Below, one piece after another: positions 46,424-50,014 of a DNA stretch of 50,014 bases. Source of the DNA: Candidatus Pacearchaeota archaeon (GTDB lineage Archaea; Nanobdellota; Nanobdellia; Pacearchaeales; GW2011-AR1); assembly GCA_016866935.1 (NCBI GenBank), contig VGKS01000001.1, positions 1-50,014 on the forward strand. The letters are read 5' to 3'. Within the stretch, counting starts at the first letter, position 1. The number at the start of each line of letters is the position of its first letter. Made by a program: the position numbers and the translations under genes. The notes under the pieces are model-generated. The model searched no databases. It was not told the DNA's origin and worked only from the letters and a program-made list of their open reading frames with translations.

Positions 46424-46824
46424 ATAGGATAGTAATTGATGGAAACAACGCAATTTTGGGAAGACTTGCTAGTTTCGCAGCTAAGCAAGCATTGCTTGGA
46501 AAAGAAGTTTCAGTAGTTAATTGCGAAAAAGTAGTTGTATCCGGAAGTAGAAAAATAATAGTTGCAAAATATCATTCATTAAGAACTAAAGGTGGATCTT
46601 CGTTGAAAGGACCTAAATTTCCTTCAGTACCATATATGATTGTAAAAAGGACCATAAGAGGAATGCTTTCTCACAAACAAGGAAGAGGGGCAGATGCTTT
46701 TGATAAAATAAGATGTTATGACGGAGTCCCTAAGGAACTTTTAGAATCTAAAAAAGAAATTGTTGCTCAATCAACAGGAATGATTTCATTGACTTTAGCA
46801 GAAATAAGCGAGGAATTAAGATGA
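46420..46824 (+). CDS. rpl13: 50S ribosomal protein L13
   Basis: IDG…ILGRLAS.AAK, VVNCEK..VSG, KRTIRGML. Confidence 0.94.
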   Translation: MNRIVIDGNNAILGRLASFAAKQALLGKEVSVVNCEKVVVSGSRKIIVAKYHSLRTKGGSSLKGPKFPSVPYMIVKRTIRGMLSHKQGRGADAFDKIRCYDGVPKELLESKKEIVAQSTGMISLTLAEISEELR

Positions 46825-47225
46825 AAGCATTAATTAGAACGGCTGGAAAGAGAAAAACATCAGTGGCTAAAATAAAGTTAACGGAAGGGAATGGAAAAGT
46901 CCATTATAACAATGGAATAATAGAAAACATGAAAATGTTTCACAAACTTTCACTGCTTGAACCAATAAGAATGTATGAATCTACAGTTGGTAAGATGCCT
47001 TATGACATTTATTTGAAGGTTGTTGGTGGTGGAAAGGAGTCTCAGATTCAAGCAGCAAGACTTGCAATTGCAAAATCTTTAGTTGCCGTTTCAAAAAGCT
47101 CTGAACTAAAAGAAGCTTATTTGAAATATGATAGACATATGCTTGTTGCTGATGTAAGAAGAAAAGAACAAAGAAAGCCTGGAGACTCAAAAGCTAGAGC
47201 TAAGAGGCAGAAGTCTTATCGTTAA
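46821..47225 (+). CDS. rps9: 30S ribosomal protein S9
   Basis: GKRKTSVA, VVGGG..SQ, YDRHMLVAD.RRKE, ARAKRQKSYR. Confidence 0.95.
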   Translation: MKALIRTAGKRKTSVAKIKLTEGNGKVHYNNGIIENMKMFHKLSLLEPIRMYESTVGKMPYDIYLKVVGGGKESQIQAARLAIAKSLVAVSKSSELKEAYLKYDRHMLVADVRRKEQRKPGDSKARAKRQKSYR

Positions 47226-47229
47226 AAAT

Positions 47230-47547
47230 ATGGTTAAAAAACAAAAAAATAAAGAGATGAAAGCTAAATCAGTTAGATTTAGCCAAAGAAAAGAAAGTTG
47301 GATGAGAATTATTGTTCTAATTGTTACTGGAATAATATTAGTATTATGGAGATATTTGATTGGCGCTTTCATAATAATTAACTTTGTTTATTCCATATTT
47401 TCAGGTAAAAGGCTTAGAGAATTAGCTGAATTAAGCGAAATATGGAACACTCAATGGTATCTATTCCAGAAGTATATGACTTTCGTGACAAATACAAGGC
47501 CATTTCCATTTACATCTCTTGCAAAGAACATCAGTAAATACGAGTAA
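47230..47547 (+). CDS. DUF4389-like small membrane protein
   Basis: Two TMs followed by SGKR…L and YMTFVTNTRPFPF. Confidence 0.65.
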   Translation: MVKKQKNKEMKAKSVRFSQRKESWMRIIVLIVTGIILVLWRYLIGAFIIINFVYSIFSGKRLRELAELSEIWNTQWYLFQKYMTFVTNTRPFPFTSLAKNISKYE

Positions 47548-47594
47548 TCTTCCTTACAAAACCTTTTAAACAGGAGGTATATTTTATCTTGGAG

Positions 47595-48425
47595 ATGGTG
47601 ATGGACGCTTTAGGTAAATTACACACAGAATTGAAACTTAGAGGATTTTCTCCTTTGACAGTTAGAAATTACTCATTCTTTGTGGACAAATTTCTGAAAC
47701 AAACTAATAAGCCAGTAGAACAGCTTAATCAAGAAGATGTAAGGACCTATTTAGCTGCAATGTTTGACGATAAAAGCAAAAATACAATTATGCTTGCTGC
47801 AGCTGCTCTAAAATTCTTTTTTGTGGAGATATTAAAGAAGGAAGTAGGAGAAATTAAAATGCCAAAGAAAGATAAGAAACTTCCGGAAGTTTTGACAAGA
47901 GATGAAGTATCAAAATTATTAAAATCTGCTGAAACTCGTAAGTCTAGATTGATTATTTCCCTTCTCTACTCTTCAGGCTTACGTGTATCTGAATTAGTTA
48001 ATCTAAAACCTCAAGATTTGAATTTTGCTGAAAATACTGGATGGGTAAGAGGAGGTAAAGGAAGTAAAGATAGGATGTTTACTGTATCTCCAGGTCTAGC
48101 TAATGAATTACATGAATATTTGAAGAAAAGAAATGGAGCAAAATATCTTTTCTCTCAAGATGAACCTTTAACAACAAGAAACGTTCAGAAAATTGTTAAA
48201 CACCTACGCCACAGAGCAGACATCCAGAAAAAAATTACTCCACACACATTAAGACACAGCTTTGCAACTCATTTGCTTGAGTCAGGAACAGATATCAGAA
48301 TGATTCAGGCATTACTTGGACATAGTTCTCTGAATACAACCCAACTTTATACTCACATTTCAAGTGAACAGATAAAAAAAATACAAAATCCTCTTGATAG
48401 TCTGATGAACAATAAGATACAATAA
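47595..48425 (+). CDS. xerA: XerA-like site-specific tyrosine recombinase
   Basis: N-terminal SAM-like domain (LRGFSPLTVRNY); catalytic R (GLRVSE), K (GKGSKDR), HxxR (HTLRH), H (LGH), Y (TTQLYTH). Confidence 0.85.
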   Translation: MVMDALGKLHTELKLRGFSPLTVRNYSFFVDKFLKQTNKPVEQLNQEDVRTYLAAMFDDKSKNTIMLAAAALKFFFVEILKKEVGEIKMPKKDKKLPEVLTRDEVSKLLKSAETRKSRLIISLLYSSGLRVSELVNLKPQDLNFAENTGWVRGGKGSKDRMFTVSPGLANELHEYLKKRNGAKYLFSQDEPLTTRNVQKIVKHLRHRADIQKKITPHTLRHSFATHLLESGTDIRMIQALLGHSSLNTTQLYTHISSEQIKKIQNPLDSLMNNKIQ

Positions 48426-48459
48426 TTAAGTTTATAATGCGATTTATTCTCGGTAAAAT

Positions 48460-49335
48460 ATGGAAACTACTGTGATTATTACTTCATTTAAAGAACCTAA
48501 AACTATAGGCAGGGCCATTGAAGCATTTCAGAAACAAAAAACTAAAAAGAAATTTGATATTTTAGTTTCTGCTCCTGATAAAGAAACGCTAGATGTTGCT
48601 AAAAAGTACGACGTGAAAATATTCAAGGATCCTGGAAAGGGAAAAATGTTTGCTTTGAATATTTTATTCAAAAAGGTAAAATCTGATATATTAATACTTA
48701 CAGATGGAGATGTTTATGTTAATGATAAGGCAATAGAAGAAATATTAAATTTATTTGAAAACCCGAATATTGGTTGTGTTACAGGGAGGCCTGTTCCAAT
48801 AGAAAACAGAAAAACAAAGTATGGATATTGGGCTAATTTCCTATTTGATGCTGCTCACAAAATACGTCAAAAAGCATTCAAAAACAAGAAATTTATTGAA
48901 TGCTCTGGATATTTATTTGCATTTAGAAAAGATCAGATAAAAAAAATACCTCTTGACGTTGCAGAAGACAGCATAATACCTTTCTTCTTTGCCCATAGAG
49001 GGTATTTAATTGGATACGCAAGTAAGGCAGAAGTTTACGTAAAAAATGTAAATAATTGGAAAGACTGGGTAAAACAAAAGATAAGGACAAGCAAAGCTCA
49101 TGAAACTCTTGAAAAATATATCAACACTAGAAAAATAAGAAGAGTTAAAACTTTTTCAACTGAAAGCAAGGGAATATTTTCTCTTTTTGTATATCCCAGA
49201 ACTCCAAAACAAGTATTGTGGAGTATTGAACTAGCATTTGCAAGATTGTACATGTGGGCACGCACATTCTGGGATACAAAAGCTAAATCAAAACATTACG
49301 GCGATAATTGGGAAAGAGTAGATTCTACGAAGTAA
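48460..49335 (+). CDS. GT2 family glycosyltransferase
   Basis: GKMFALN, ILTDGDV, GCVTGRP, SGYLFAFR, AED motifs. Confidence 0.83.
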   Translation: METTVIITSFKEPKTIGRAIEAFQKQKTKKKFDILVSAPDKETLDVAKKYDVKIFKDPGKGKMFALNILFKKVKSDILILTDGDVYVNDKAIEEILNLFENPNIGCVTGRPVPIENRKTKYGYWANFLFDAAHKIRQKAFKNKKFIECSGYLFAFRKDQIKKIPLDVAEDSIIPFFFAHRGYLIGYASKAEVYVKNVNNWKDWVKQKIRTSKAHETLEKYINTRKIRRVKTFSTESKGIFSLFVYPRTPKQVLWSIELAFARLYMWARTFWDTKAKSKHYGDNWERVDSTK

Positions 49336-49468
49336 TTAGCCGAAAAATCCTGTTATATAAACCGAACTTCTTAGCATTGCTTAAAGATTTAATCACAAAC
49401 TAAAAGATTAAGCAAGAATTAGCCGAACTCATTTAGTGTGCTGGAAGTTTTAAGCGTTGATTGAATGT

Positions 49469-49795
49469 TTAATTATGTCCTAAATAAACTATTTTGTAAG
49501 AATCTGCATCTGAGGTATGAGGATCTACTCTTACTATGTCTCCAGGCACTAAATCTCTTAGGTTTACTTTTCCCTTAGGCAAGGTCACTAAACCTTCATC
49601 TCCGCGAGATTCTGAAGCTGCTGAAAATAAATCAGGTCTTCCATGAGGACGTTGCCCCAATAAATGATACCTGTTATCTCTTTTGTACCTTCCTATAAAG
49701 AAATCAGTCGTTGGTTCCCTATTATTTTCTCCTTTAACATGAGGTCTGCCTCTTACTTCATGATAGCCTCCATTTCCTTTGTCATCTAGTACCAT
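49469..49795 (-). CDS. Hypothetical protein
   Basis: 108-aa ORF with TATA-like element ~28 nt upstream; no family recognised. Confidence 0.5.
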   Translation of the reverse strand: MVLDDKGNGGYHEVRGRPHVKGENNREPTTDFFIGRYKRDNRYHLLGQRPHGRPDLFSAASESRGDEGLVTLPKGKVNLRDLVPGDIVRVDPHTSDADSYKIVYLGHN

Positions 49796-49879
49796 ACTCT
49801 AATGATTTTATCCATCTTTTTAAGGATTATTGTGATTTGATAAGATAAGTTCGTTTTAATGAGGTTTTAGGCACCGCCG

Positions 49880-49907
49880 AGTTCTCTTAATGTATCTTGT
49901 ACGAACT
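49880..49907. other. Candidate dif-like Xer recombination site
   Basis: AGTTCTCTTAA-TGTATC-TTGTACGAACT: 11-6-11 imperfect inverted repeat ~1.45 kb downstream of xerA. Confidence 0.55.
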
Positions 49908-50014
49908 ATTGCTAAGAATTGCTTAAAATACCATCTAAATCTCTTTTTTCTACTTTAGCAGATCTTTTACATAATTCCCTTATAGCTTCAAACCCTTCAA
50001 AGTTAACACCTTTT

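Noticed and set aside
961..47372. Numerous short antisense or overlapping ORFs in the track (e.g. 961-1389, 26412-26876, 28825-29184, 33026-33604, 39070-39294)
   Set aside because: Shadow frames of well-supported genes with no recognisable motifs.
47595..48425. Integron integrase or provirus integrase
   Set aside because: No IntI-specific insertion is evident, there are no canonical attC sites or viral genes, and the gene sits beside core ribosomal genes; XerA is more parsimonious.
48427..48454. dif-like TAAGTTTATAA-TGCGAT-TTATTCTCGGT right after xerA
   Set aside because: Only the inner ATAA/TTAT is symmetric, and the left arm is explained as the TATA box at -29 of the next gene.
49912..50014. 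Possible 3' end of a minus-strand CDS entering from beyond the window
   Set aside because: Only ~33 codons are visible; it cannot be identified or confirmed.

Overview
AT-rich archaeal chromosomal segment, most consistent with a DPANN lineage such as Pacearchaeota/Woesearchaeota (inferred from Rpo3/4/10, L21e/L18e, secF-secD order, XerA, compact gene packing and a stand-alone 5S rRNA). Bases 1 to ~32,300 are a large surface-glycan locus: many GT2/GT4/GT-C glycosyltransferases, a flippase, methyl- and carbamoyltransferases, and two sugar-nucleotide modules. Module 1 is a GDP-heptose pathway (HddC-CBS-HddA fusion, Cj1427-like C4-dehydrogenase, Fcl-like epimerase/reductase) with a nearby L-2-hydroxyglutarate oxidase that could recycle the dehydrogenase co-substrate. 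Module 2 is a translationally coupled operon with a GtrA-Rpe-nucleotidyltransferase-His-phosphatase fusion, a 2H phosphoesterase, AraD, an NTP-transferase and a polyprenyl-P GT2, followed by a PLC-like phosphodiesterase and a YfhO-like GT-C with an AsmA-like tail; it looks like a lipid-linked pentulose decoration system. Bases ~32,300-50,014 hold tRNA-Gly-secF-secD, tRNA-Leu/tRNA-Arg followed by an 83-bp structured tandem repeat containing the tRNA 3' end, 5S rRNA, a displaced rpoN, a MacB/FtsX-type ABC system with two COG1361-like proteins, the rpl21e-rpoF-DUF655-rps13-rps4-rps11-rpoD-rpl18e-rpl13-rps9 cluster, xerA, and a dif-like 28-bp site with several Xer-like half-sites. All assignments come from motif recognition by eye; no searches were run.
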